From assembly GCF_902713615.1 (NCBI RefSeq), contig NC_052154.1, forward strand, positions 34,090,322-34,154,321: DNA of 64,000 nt, in the 5' to 3' direction. Made by a program: the position numbers and the translations under genes. The DNA comes from Scyliorhinus canicula. Its lineage: Eukaryota. The notes under the pieces were generated by a model. The model saw only the letters and a list, made by a program, of their open reading frames with translations. It did not search any database and was not told the origin of the DNA. Positions 49,826 through 61,299 of this stretch are shown one piece after another. Each line of letters begins with the position of its first letter. Position 1 is the first letter of the stretch.

Positions 49826-52800
49826 ACTCAGGAGGCTGGCAAGCTGAAGCCGCAGATACACACTTCACTCCCCACACACACCATCCCAGCCAAGAAGATG
49901 GCAGCGAGGAGAGCGGCATCCCATTTTATGGACGCCATGGATTAGAGACGGGCGACTCTACCCTGACCTGAGAAGGAGGCTGCCACCCGCCATTGTTTCC
50001 CATGTATGGGCACAGGTGGCAGAGGCCGCAAGCTCCATGAGCAAAACCGTCCGTACCAGCCAGTATTGCCGTAAAAAACTATCCAAACTCCTTAGGGCAG
50101 CTGGATGAGTAGGAAGCACTCTGCCCCCAGCACCAACCCCCGTCCCACACACTCGTTACCCCACCGCCTCCCCCACCTGGATAGTGGCTGAACCCCCACC
50201 TTACACTACATGCCGGCACCCATATCGGTCGCCATGGTCGGGTGCCCTGGCTACTGAAATCACCAGCTACCTACCCCCTGGGCTGCATGTGTCAGGGTGT
50301 CTAACACTGTCTTTTTCTAATCCCCCCCCCCCCCCCCCCCCGACCCCCAGCCACAGTTATAGCCCCAGCTGCCGAACTGCAATGGGGACACCAACATGGA
50401 CGCGAGCCATAGACCTGGGACCCAGGACACCCTGGAGCCCGAGTCCGATGCTGACACTGGTTTCCCGTCTCAGCTGTCTTCAACTTCCCGACCATCCCAC
50501 TCACCTCGGTTGGGCACTTTAATGAAGAGGCTCCTGGGTCACTATCTGGTGTGCACCACACAGCAGCTCCAGTACAACAGGTGGAGGTAGGAACTCCCGA
50601 GGGGACGGATAGTCAGAGGGCAGGCTGACCCCCAGGGGCTAGCTGCCATCCAGGCAGGTCTTGGGCTTCTGGAACGGACAGTCCCATCGATTGTGGAGAT
50701 GCAGTCGCTGAGCCAGGGACTACATGAGGGACTACTCAGCGAGCATCTAGTACCTGAAGGTGTAAATGGAGGAGTCCAACAATGTGCAGGAGCAGGACGT
50801 GGTGCCAACCATGCCTGCCACTCAGGCCAACACCGCATAGGTGGCTTCCCCGGTGGATGCCTTGGGGGTGAGGGTTTGGTTAGGGATCAGCATGTCCAAG
50901 GCTTTGGGCAATCTGTGGGCTCTTGGCCGTGGCCCAGTCAAAGTAGGCTATGGCTGACAGCGTCGGTGGCATTGCCCAGGCGCTGGCTGACATGGCACAG
51001 GCACAGAGTGAGGTGGCCCAGTCCCAGAGGGAGATGGAGCAGTCACTGGCTGATGTGGCACAGACCCAAGTTCTATTGAATCCCTGGGGTTGCGGAGGTG
51101 GGTATGGTGGGGATGGGGGACGTTGTTATGGAATGGTGGCACAGTCGCAGCGTGATGTGGCGCAGTCCCAGGCGGAGATGGCCCACTTCCTGTGCTCCAT
51201 GGCCACGGGCATGCAGACCCTGGTCGAGACCAGAGTGCGCCTCCAGGACTGGCAGCGCTAGGTGGCGGGGGAGTCTCAGGGGTTAGCTCCGTTCGCACCC
51301 TCGTCCCATGGTGTAGCCCAGGGGCCATCAGGCACCCCAATGGAAGAGGAGGTGAAGGAGCCCGTGCAGGTGACTCCCGCAGGGAGTTGCTGGAATACCG
51401 CAGCACCTCGGACTCCCCCACCCTTCTGTCCCTGGTCTATCTGGTGGCCAGCGGGCAGAACAGGGCAGCACCACACCACCTGGGACATCCGAGCAGCAGC
51501 CTGGCCACAAAAGACACTCGCCAAAGGGGACCCAGGTCACAGGGCGGGGATTACAGCAGGCCGCCTCAACTCCTGATGTACTGTCTGGGGACCCACCAAG
51601 ATGTAGCATTAGGGCCCGTAAGGTCAGAAAATTACACAGCAGCTAAGTTGGCATGGGTGCAGGGCAGAGTTTCATGATAGGGACTAGGGCTCAGACTGTG
51701 TATATATGTTTTCCCTTTAAACACCTGTGCACAATGTTGCAATCTGCCACGTTGCTCTGTTAGATGGGTGTGAGGGATGGACTGGTCTGGGTAGGCTACA
51801 GAGGGGATGCGGGGGGGGGAGGAATGAGCAGACGTTGGGGGTGGGCAATTCAGCCAGCACTCATGCGGCAGTGTCCCACCCCTCAGCCCCAACGCCAATG
51901 TCCCCCATCCCCACCTTTCTCAACCCCAGTGATTCGATGGAACCGTGTGATGGAATGGTCAGCACACATGCAGGGATTACCCAGGTGGACAGTGGAAAGT
52001 GCTACCGTGTGTTTTGTTATTCTCTTGGCGTAGCGTAAGCTGCTTCCTTGATGTGCACTCTGACAAAGGAAGGTTCAGACTTGGAGATAGCTTCAACACA
52101 TTTATTAAACTGTTAACAATTCTCCTACTTGGATTCGACTCTCCTGTTAATCCTGCTATAGCTACTCAGACTAACGAACCAGTCTGCTACAATCCATGTG
52201 GTGGGTGTGATGTGTTGAATCAACCCTGTGTACACATTGAGTGTGTCCACTGGAAAGAGGAAGATCATGTGTGCTGTGTCCTTTTATATGGGTTGGTGTA
52301 ATGCCCCCCCCCCCCCGTGGTAGTGTCACCTCTGTGTGTATCTTGAATGCCTAGTGGTCGTGTCCTATCTTACTGACCTATTGGTTGAATGTCTGTGTGT
52401 CATGTCTCTGGTGCTCCCTCTAGTGTCTATTTAGTCTACATGTATTTACATTAACCCCTTGTGTATTTACAGTGATGCATATCACCACACCGTGGACAGG
52501 AGTCATATGTTGTCAGACGATGTGGAGCACCAGAGCTCATCGCAGAGCAGGTTGTCATCATCCTCCATCGCATGGACCAGACCCAGTTTACTGCCAACCC
52601 AGGGCCCACACTCCGTAGTGTGGCAGGTATGTATTATTGAGGGGGTTACAGGCGGGGGGTCGGCTGGAGAGGGGGGATGTGGTGGTTGGAAGTGGTGTCA
52701 ATGCCTCTGGCCAGTCCCACCCTAGTTAGTGAACCTGGAGGTGATCAGAGCGTTCTGTGCATGTTGGCCCTTGCACACCCATTGTGCTACCTCCGGTGCC

Positions 52801-54826
52801 TGCCTGGGCCCCATGCCTAACCATCCTCGCCCTGCCCCGCATCCTCCTCATCGGCAAGGTCTGGCGTTCATTCTCCTCCTCCAGGTTCAGGATGCTGAAG
52901 CACCACACGATAATGCCCTGGTCTCTGTATGGACAACATTGTAGTGGGTCTCTGCGTCAGTCTGTGGCGTCCAGATAGGTGTCATCAGCGACGGCTACAG
53001 CAGATAACCTGTCACCCAGGAGCCAATCCACCAACCATGGGGTGTGCCTCAAAGAAGACGGATATCGTTGCATGTGCCAGGATAAAGGTGGCGTGCACAC
53101 TGCCGCGGTATCGGGCGCAAATGTGCATGATGCGCATCAAATGGTCACACACCAGCTGCAGGTTCATCGAGTGGAACCCCCTCCAGTTTGTGCAGCCTGT
53201 CATCTGCAGGTGCAGGTCGATCACGCCCTGAACCCGGAGGATCATGGAGATGGCAGCAAACCCTGCTGCCCGGGCATCCTGGTAGGCTTGGTCCACATTG
53301 AAATAGCTGCATTGTTCTGACTGAGCATATGGGGCCTCAGTGGCGGTGTGGATTCACATGTGCACCAAGCTCTGTGGTATCCTGGACAGGTCCCCACTCG
53401 GCGCCTGAAGTGCTCCGTGGCGTAGAAGTTCAGGGCGACCGTCACCTTGACGGCTACGGGGAGCGGATGTCCTCCCCATACCCCATCATCTCGCAGATGT
53501 GTCGCACTGGCTCCCTGCTCAGCCAGAGTCTTCGACACATGCCCGGTCCGGCGAGTCATCGAATGACAGGCGCTGGTGGGACATACAAGGCCTCATACGG
53601 CGCCTCCTTTGCACCTCCTCCTCCTCCTCAGCCTGTTGGGCGTCCAGCCCTCCATCTTCAGCGGCTGCCTCCTGTTCCTCTGGGGCACGTTCCACTGCTG
53701 CATCATGCTCCTCTTCAAGCAGCTCCAGCTCGTATAGCCGCAATGCATCCCCCACGGCTGCGGCGACTAGCATGAAAGCCACCATTGCTGGTTGAATTCT
53801 ATATCCATTGTCTGCAGGGGGTTATAGGGGCTGACAAGTTTGCGTGATGCATTCCTCCATACCCAACAAGGTCCGTCGGGCTACAGAGTGGCCCCGGTTG
53901 ACACTATGGACCCTGCCCCCGCATGTTCCAACCCCCCCCCCCCCCTCCCCCACCACCATCCCCGCATCCCTGGCCACATCGGTGCCCAGCACCTTTGGGG
54001 CCTCTGGCCATGGTGCCCATCCCTGCTGCCATGGGTACCATCGGCTGGTGCTGTCCATGCCAACGGTACGCTCCGTGGTCCCTATCCAACATTCCTCTAT
54101 TGGGGCTACTGTGGGCATTACCCTTGGATGGGCCATGTGATGCCCCCCTTGCGACTGATTGGAGGGCTGGGTGGTATGGCGGAGGGTGTGGTGGAAGGTG
54201 GAGCCTGGGGTGCGGGGATGGTTGTGTGGAGGGTGGGGGCTGTGGTGTGGGGTAGGGGGCACCCATACAGCCAGTGGCACTCTGCAGAACCAGGGGTCAA
54301 GGTGGGTGGTCAGTGGACTGTGCAGCAAGATGGCTGCCTTGCAGGCTGTGGCAATGGCTGCCTATGACTGGACGTTGTTCCAATCAAATGGGGTTCAACC
54401 TGGCCTGTCCCCCCCATCACCCACCCTCCCCGCCCTGGCAGGGCACCCCCAACGCCAGCCAGCCCGGCCAGTGTCAGGACGGCAACCCACGATCACGTCT
54501 CTCCGTGTCCAACCTCCTCTCCCTCCCTCACCAGCCATTGCGCCTGTTTCTCAATTTTTAAAAACCCAAGTGAACCTTGTCATCAGCAATTCCACTGAAT
54601 GGAGGTGGAGAATCGCAGAGGCCCCGGAGAATACAGGGTCAGGCCCGCTAATGACATGTCAACGACATTTACTGTTATGTGCGGAGTGGAAAACATTGAC
54701 GCCGCTGTTAAGATGACAGAGAATTGAGATTTGGCATGAAACCAGCGCCTGCCACGATTTCAGCATCGGTACCGATTCTCTGCCCAATTGCATTTCCCTA
54801 TTCCGGAGTTGGCTGACAGAGAATAT
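49826..54826 (-). mobile_element. PIF/Harbinger transposon copy 2 (inverted relative to copy 1; one end truncated)
   Basis: Myb gene on plus from ATG 49898 (MAARRAASHF); transposase on minus ~52726-53808 (GFHSMNLQLVCDH, ARYRGSVH); colinear with copy 1. Confidence 0.88.
52010..52489 (-). mobile_element. Solo LTR (480 bp) between the convergent Harbinger genes
   Basis: TG...CA ends; TSD CCGTG; the empty site is visible in Harbinger copy 1 near 22080. Confidence 0.88.
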
Positions 54827-55356
54827 GTTCAAGGTTTCAGTTTTAAAAATGAAGTTATTTTATTGGACTGCAAGATTTCTCCAAGGTTTATGATTGGGAT
54901 AAGATTAAGTAAGTGAGGGTAGACAATAAAGACAGGAAATCAAAACAGCAATTGGGAATTGAAATATTGGGTGCAATTCAATTGCATATTTCAATCTGGC
55001 ATTGATATGAAGGGGAAAGTCTAGAGGAAGCTAGTAAATTGATAAACTTTTTCTTTGTAATATTTGTGTCCTTGTCTATGTTTATATTTAAGAGAACAAA
55101 GTTTGATACTCTGGCCATAGCCCAAGAAATCTGGAACATACATGGAGAGATAAGCAACAACTTTGAGAACTTTTGATAAGATGGCAAAAAGTTCAAGAGT
55201 GACTGACGTGACATTTGGGGCACTGCATATGTCTGCAGATGATTTATATGTGAAGTTACTAATGGGCAGGAAAGCAGTTCAAAATAGACCCTTTAAATGG
55301 TTTAAAATTCTGTGCTATTATTCACTGAAGAGCAGGTCCCATGTATGCACACTACT

Positions 55357-55640
55357 TGGATTGGATTGGATTGGTTTATTGTTACGTGTATCGAGGTACA
55401 GTGAAAAATATTTTTCTGCGAGCAGCTCAAACAGAACATTTAGTAAATAAAAAGAAAATACATAATAAGGCAACACAGGATCCACAATGTAAATACATAG
55501 AGACTGGCATCGGGTGAAGCATACAGGGGTGTAGTATTAATCAGGTCAGTCCATAAGAGGGTCGTTTAGGAGTCTGGCAACAGCGGGGAAGAAGCAGTTT
55601 TTGACTCTGTTTGTGCGTATTCTCAGACTTCTGTATCTCC
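55357..55640 (-). mobile_element. Rex1/Babar 3' fragment
   Basis: (TTGGA)n tail and 3' UTR matching 56366-56670. Confidence 0.8.
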
Positions 55641-55899
55641 TGAGAACAAACTTGACAAACAGCTTGGCATGAAATGGTTAATGGGGCCAATAGAGTGAAG
55701 CAACACCATTAAAGTGATCAAGACACTGATACATACTCCGTAGAAAAACTGATTTTTAAAAACAATTGGGACAGAATCAAACACACCAATGCCTGTCAAA
55801 AAGAGCAAAATTAAAGTGAAAGGGTAAATCATTTGGATTGGAACAACTAAAGAGCTGGTAGAAAATAAACCTGGTGAGGATGTCCACAAGATGAATACA

Positions 55900-56290
55900 G
55901 ATGAATGGAAATCTCAACAGTGTGTGACCTGTGTCCAGTACAACCGCGGAAAAGCAGTAAAAATAAGGCTACACCATCAGTCTCACCCCCGAGAACCTTG
56001 GGAACTGATACAGATCGATCTTTCAGGTCCACTGCCCCTTCAAAGGGCAAGAGGTATTGTTTCGTAATTTTGGACCAATTTACTAGGTGGATAGAAGCGT
56101 TCCCCTTTCAGGGCTGCTCTGCCTTGACCGTAGCAAAAGTGGAATCGGGAGAACCATACCCAGATGGGGAGGAGGGGGTGTTCAAATGGACGCTGATCAA
56201 GGGACACATTTTACTAGTAAAGTCATCAATGAAGTTTGTAAGCAAATGGAGAGCTGGAGAATGGTCTAAGTCCATGCACCAATATTATTT
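55900..56290 (+). pseudogene. Endogenous retrovirus integrase remnant
   Basis: CDLC; GKRYCFVILDQFTRWIEAFP; QMDADQGTHFTSKVINEVC. Confidence 0.75.
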
Positions 56291-56714
56291 TGAATGATAT
56301 TGAGTTAGGTGATCTGCAAGTGGGGAGTGTCAGAGTGAAACGAGTATCAATCTAATCATTCAGAGATTGGATTGGATTGGATTTGGATTTGTTTATTGTC
56401 ACATCTACCGAGGTACAGTGAAAAGTATTTTTCTGCGAGCTGCTCAACAGATCATTAAGTACATGGGAAGAAAAGGGAATAAAAGAAAATACATAATAGG
56501 GCAACACAAGGTATACAATGTAGCTACATAAGCATTGGCATCGGATGAAGCATAAAGGGTGTCGCGTTAATGAGGTCAGTCCATAAGAGAGTCATTTAGG
56601 AATCTGGTGACAGCGGGGAAGAAGCTGTTTTTGAGTCTGTTCGTGCGTGCTCTCAGACTTCTGTATCTCCTGCCCGATGGAAGAAGTTGGAAAAGTGAGT
56701 AAGCCAGGTGGGAG

Positions 56715-59700
56715 TCGTGTCTTAATAAAGCTCGTAGTCTCAAAGGTGGAGAAGATGCTTTATGGTGAATTTGTTCTCTCTTCAGAGCTTAACTTACGGC
56801 CACCTCAAATGCTGCCTGCCTGTGTGTCTGTGTCCTGCTACGAGTTCTGCCTTCCGTGAAGTGTCTCGTCACTTCCTGTCCCTGTGCATATATAGCTCTC
56901 CCGTGCTCCCTCTAGTGCTTGCTCAGTTGTATTGCGTCTAGTCAGATCTACAATCACCACATCCCCCCTTTTTTCTTTACATATTTTCTGTACATTGTTA
57001 AAGAAAATTGTACAAAACAGTTAGATTACTTACGGTATGTGTATCTATACAAGAGATGGTGCTATTGCATATTTTACAAAGCCAATTTATATTTGAGTCC
57101 AATCTTAATAAAAACATTTATGAGTCCAAACTTGATGAATTTGTTCACTGAGTTTTTTCTTTTGTTGTTGTTGACGCGGTGAATGTTGTCGGTGTTCTTG
57201 TTATTTTAAGTAACCAATGCGTCATCCCGAGGTGTTTGCATGGTCGAACCACTGATGTTGACTGACATGGACTTTTTTCTGTGTTTGTGGTATCGATTTA
57301 TTATGTCATCTGCCTTGAAAGCTGGTGTGCTTGCTTGTTCTGGAGCAGATGTGAGTTTGTGCGATTCGCTGTCATCCCATGGCATGTTTGTAGTCTTGTC
57401 ATTGCTTTGCAGTGTGCTGTGGCATTGTCCTTCATGTGCAGCGTTGTACCATTTTGTACAAGCCGTTGTTTCATTGCTGTTGTTTCTGTCGTTCCTGTCT
57501 TTGTTGTTTTCGTTGCCGTTCTTGTTGCTGTTTTTGTCGTTTCTGTCTTTGTTGTTGTCGCTATCTTTGTTATGCTTCTTGTTGGTTTTATTGTTCTTCT
57601 TGTAGTTTTTGTCGTTGTGCTTGTAGTTTTTGTTGGTGGTCTTGTTGTTCTTGTTTCTGCAGTGCTTCTTGCGATTTTTGTTGTTCTTGTCCCGCTTCAT
57701 GTTGCTTTTGTTCTTGCTGTTGTTGTTCTCGTTTCTGCTGTGCTTCTTTTGCCTTTTGTTTTTCTTATTATGCTCAATGAGTGTCCAGTGTGGATAATTT
57801 GAGTCATTGAACGTTTCGTCTCGAGAATGGTGAGAATGATCTGATGTTGCATTGATGCTGGTGACATCAGTCATTTGTGGTGGATTTGATTCGTCGTCTT
57901 TGCTTTCTTGGTGCTCCTCTTCTGGAGTCAAATTCTTCACGATTTCATTTGACGCGGTCTCTCTGGACTCTTGGTGCTCCTCGTCCCGAGTCAAAATCTT
58001 CATGATTTCTGTTGATGTGGTCTCACTGGACTCTTGGTGCTCCTCTTCTGGAGTCAAAATCTTCATGGTTTCTGTTGATGTGGTCTCACTGGACTCTTGG
58101 TGCTCCTCTTCTGGAGTCAAAATCTGCATGGTCTCTATTGGCATGGTCTCTCTGGACTCTTGGGTGGCCCTACTCTGTGCTTCTGTACAGACAAGCTGAG
58201 AACTGTCAGTCTCACTGTGATCCTGTACCTCCTGTATGTCGAGTGTGATCACCTTGTCACTGTTTCTGCATGCAGTGGATATATGTACATTGTCTTCTTC
58301 TTGTTTATGTGAGCTTGGTAGACTTTCATAGTCTGCGTGCGGTTGCTCAGATACGGCGGGTTGACCTTCATGGTCTTGTTCATGCATGGTGTTCGCCAGG
58401 GAGTGTTTGCTTGCTTCCCTTTTGGAGTCTTTCATCACTCTCACTGTGGAGCCTGTCATCGCTCTCTCTGTGGAGTCTTTCTGTGCTCTCTGTGTGGCGT
58501 TGTCTTCGTCTTGGGTATTGCTGTCATCCAATTTATCGACGATCTGCCATGGCACCATGGTGTTGGATTCATCTACCACGAGTAGATTCGTGTTGAGCTT
58601 TGCGACCGTGTCGCTGATGCTGTGATCAACATATCCGAATAACTCAGCCATGTCTGAGTAGTATTCTTCGAAAACCAAATCATCTTGGTTGGATTCATCT
58701 ACCACGAGTAGATTCGTGTTGAGCTTTGCGACCGTGTCACTGATGCTGTGATCAGCATATCCGAATAACTCAGCCATGTCTGAGTAGTATTCTTCGAAAA
58801 ACAAATCATCCTTTTTTGTTTCGGATTTTTTTTTGTTCTCTTCACTTTGGGTGGTGCAGACTGCTTTTTCCAGGGTGTTGTGCAAGTTGTTTTTAACTGC
58901 TGGTTTAAGTTCAGGTGTTTTTTTGTCTTCTGAGGCAAGAAAGTTTGGTTTTACCGCTTTAAGTATCTTGTTTTCAATTATCGGGCATTTCCCTTTTAAG
59001 TAGGCGTGGTTCGGATGTTCAGACGTCATGACGCTCGTGACGTCATGCGTAGGAATCAATTGCGCATGCGGAAATCGGCCTTCCTTCACTGTGCGGTTTT
59101 GTGTCCACTGCGAATGCGCGGCATTGCGCATGCGCATGACGATCAGCAACACAAACATTTTTAAACTGCGCATGCGCGGCTGGCGCATGTACAGAACGAT
59201 AAACGGGTGATTGTAACTGCGCATGCGCGGCTTCCGTTTCCTGCGCATGCGCAGATGAGGTTTTTTGTTCCTTGTGTGCCCGAGACTATAAAATGTGGTC
59301 CAACGCCATTTTATCGCGGATTTCAGCGTTTTTTCTTTCTGAAAGTTGTAAGTTACCTTTTCCTTTTGATCTGGACTGGATTTCAGCGTTTGGCTTTGTG
59401 AAAAATTCTAGGTATTTCTTCTTTTTGATCTGTACTTTTCACTCGCGATTTCTTGACTGAAGCCTTTCTGTTTGTAGAGTTTTGCATCACTCAGTCTCTG
59501 TGCAGTTTGGCCTCTGAGCATACCGTGCTGTTCAAATTCCTTACAGTACTCTTCAAATTTGTTTAGTATTGTTTGTAAGTTGTTGCTGTCTTCAGCTTTT
59601 GAGTATTTAAATCCATTATATACTTTCCTAGCTTCAATGTCCTGTGATGAGCATTGCTATTTTAATTTCGTCTGAGGCTGCTGCTACATCATTAGCTATG

Positions 59701-60170
59701 ATATATAAATCAAACATTTGTTTAAACATTTTCCAGACATTTCTTACATTGCCAGTCATGTCCAGCTGAGGTGGGATTCCAAGCCATATCCTCGAATAAG
59801 CGATGTCTTCCCAAGTCGAATGTCCAGTAGGAGATTTTCATGCCATTTTGTTCTTTCTGTAGTTTGTTCTGAGTTGTCCTGTAGTAAGCGCCTGAAGCCC
59901 ATCCTGGTACCATGTGTTGTTCCTCGTGTCTTAATAAAGCTCGTAGTCTCAAAGGTGGAGAAGATGCTTTACTGTGAATTTGTTCTCTCTTCAGAGCTTA
60001 ACTTACGGCTACCTCAAATACTGCCTGCCTGTGTGTCTGTGTCCTGCTACGAGTTCTGCCTTCCGTGAAGTGTCTCGTCACTTCCTGTCCCTGTGCATAT
60101 ATAGCTCTCCCGTGCTCCCTCTAGTGCTTGCTCAGTTGTATTGCATCTAGTCAGATCTACAATCACCACA
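56715..60170 (-). mobile_element. Non-autonomous Gypsy-derived LTR element (3.46 kb): gag N-terminus plus novel ORF, no pol
   Basis: LTRs 59913-60170 and 56715-56961 (about 5 substitutions; left copy lacks 11 terminal nt); TSD GGAG; PBS TGGTACCAGGA (tRNA-Leu-like); PPT AAAAAAGGGGGGA; gag PPQLDMTGNVRNVWKMFKQMFDLYIIA...ILNKFEEYC. Confidence 0.92.
57206..59248 (-). CDS. 680-codon low-complexity ORF of unknown function inside the LTR element
   Basis: Uninterrupted ORF with a 42-aa duplication, a 21-aa repeat x~4 and an Asn/Lys-rich block; no RT, RNase H or IN motifs. Confidence 0.55.
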   Translation of the reverse strand: MRRKRKPRMRSYNHPFIVLYMRQPRMRSLKMFVLLIVMRMRNAAHSQWTQNRTVKEGRFPHAQLIPTHDVTSVMTSEHPNHAYLKGKCPIIENKILKAVKPNFLASEDKKTPELKPAVKNNLHNTLEKAVCTTQSEENKKKSETKKDDLFFEEYYSDMAELFGYADHSISDTVAKLNTNLLVVDESNQDDLVFEEYYSDMAELFGYVDHSISDTVAKLNTNLLVVDESNTMVPWQIVDKLDDSNTQDEDNATQRAQKDSTERAMTGSTVRVMKDSKREASKHSLANTMHEQDHEGQPAVSEQPHADYESLPSSHKQEEDNVHISTACRNSDKVITLDIQEVQDHSETDSSQLVCTEAQSRATQESRETMPIETMQILTPEEEHQESSETTSTETMKILTPEEEHQESSETTSTEIMKILTRDEEHQESRETASNEIVKNLTPEEEHQESKDDESNPPQMTDVTSINATSDHSHHSRDETFNDSNYPHWTLIEHNKKNKRQKKHSRNENNNSKNKSNMKRDKNNKNRKKHCRNKNNKTTNKNYKHNDKNYKKNNKTNKKHNKDSDNNKDRNDKNSNKNGNENNKDRNDRNNSNETTACTKWYNAAHEGQCHSTLQSNDKTTNMPWDDSESHKLTSAPEQASTPAFKADDIINRYHKHRKKSMSVNISGSTMQTPRDDALVT

Positions 60171-60914
60171 GGAGGGGTCTTTGATTATGCTGCCCGCTTT
60201 CCCCAGACAGCGGGAGGTGTAGGTGGAGTCCATGGATGGGAGGCAGGTTCAGGTGATGGACTGGGCGGTGTTCACGACTCTCTGAAGTTTCTTGCGGTCC
60301 TGGGCCGAGCAATTGCCATACCAGGCTGTGATGCAGCCCGATAGGATGTTTTCTATGGTGCATCTGTAAAAGTTGGTAAGGGTTAATGCGGACATGCTGA
60401 ATTTCCTTAGTTTCCTGAGGAGGTATAGATGCTGTTGTGCTTTCTTGGTGGTAGCGTCGACATGGGTGGACCAGGACAGATTTTTGGTGATGTACACCGC
60501 TAGGAATTTCAAACTGCTAAACATCTCCACCTCTGCCCTGTTGATGCTGACAGGGGTGTGTACAGTACTTTGCTTCGTGAAGTCAATGACCAGTTCTTTA
60601 GTTTTGCTGGCATTGAGGGAGAGATTGTTGTCGTTACACCACTCCACCAGGTTCTCTGTCTCCCTCCTTGTACATTCAAATTACAATAGATTATGGAATA
60701 AAATGGAATTTAATACAAGTTATGTAAAGAGAAAACCGGAATCTAAAAAAAACAACCGAGAACTGAATTTTCAGCCTGCACAGATCACCACACTCAAGGG
60801 CTAGATAAAACAAAAGTGATAAAGAATAAGAATGAGATAAGGGACGAAGGAGTAAGATCTCACCCTGTGAAAACTGCAAGCTTATTATATGTGACTCACA
60901 AGTTGAAATGACAT

Positions 60915-61072
60915 TTAATAATCGCTTATTGTCACAAGTAGGCTTCAATGAAGTGACTGTGAAAAGCCCCTAGTCGCCACATTCCGCCGCCTGTTCGGGG
61001 AGGCTGGTACGGGAATTGAACCCGCGCTGCTGACATTGTTCTGCATTACAAGCCAGCTGTTTAGCCCACTGT
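60915..61072 (-). mobile_element. tRNA-SINE (variant head, tail Z)
   Basis: Matches 44980-45126. Confidence 0.82.
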
Positions 61073-61299
61073 GGAAGCAATACATAGGGAGCAAAGTATC
61101 AAATTAGTAACATAGCAAGTGGTCAGATTTTGTTTTGTTTGTGAGTTGCGGTGACACGGGTTAAGCCAGTCTAGTGCCCACACTCACAGCAGGAAACACA
61201 ATAACATGCACAGCAGTGGAGGTATTATGTGGGGCATTAAATGCCCAGGCAATCTCAGCCTCAAGGTAGAGAAACCAATGTTAATTTATTTATTTTCGT

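Larger units (their letters stand above)
56366..60668 (-). mobile_element. Rex1/Babar LINE 3' part split by the LTR element at 56715-60170
   Basis: WCNDNNLSLNASKTKELVIDF...LKFLAVYITKNLSWSTH; sequence rejoins across the GGAG duplication. Confidence 0.9.

Noticed and set aside
57900-58165. Regularly spaced repeats as a possible CRISPR-like array
   Set aside because: Contiguous 63-bp tandem units with no unique spacers, in a vertebrate retroelement
57240-58625. Plus-strand hydrophobic or Cys-rich ORFs that look like membrane or metallothionein proteins
   Set aside because: They are antisense shadows of the Asn/Lys and Glu repeats of the minus-strand ORF
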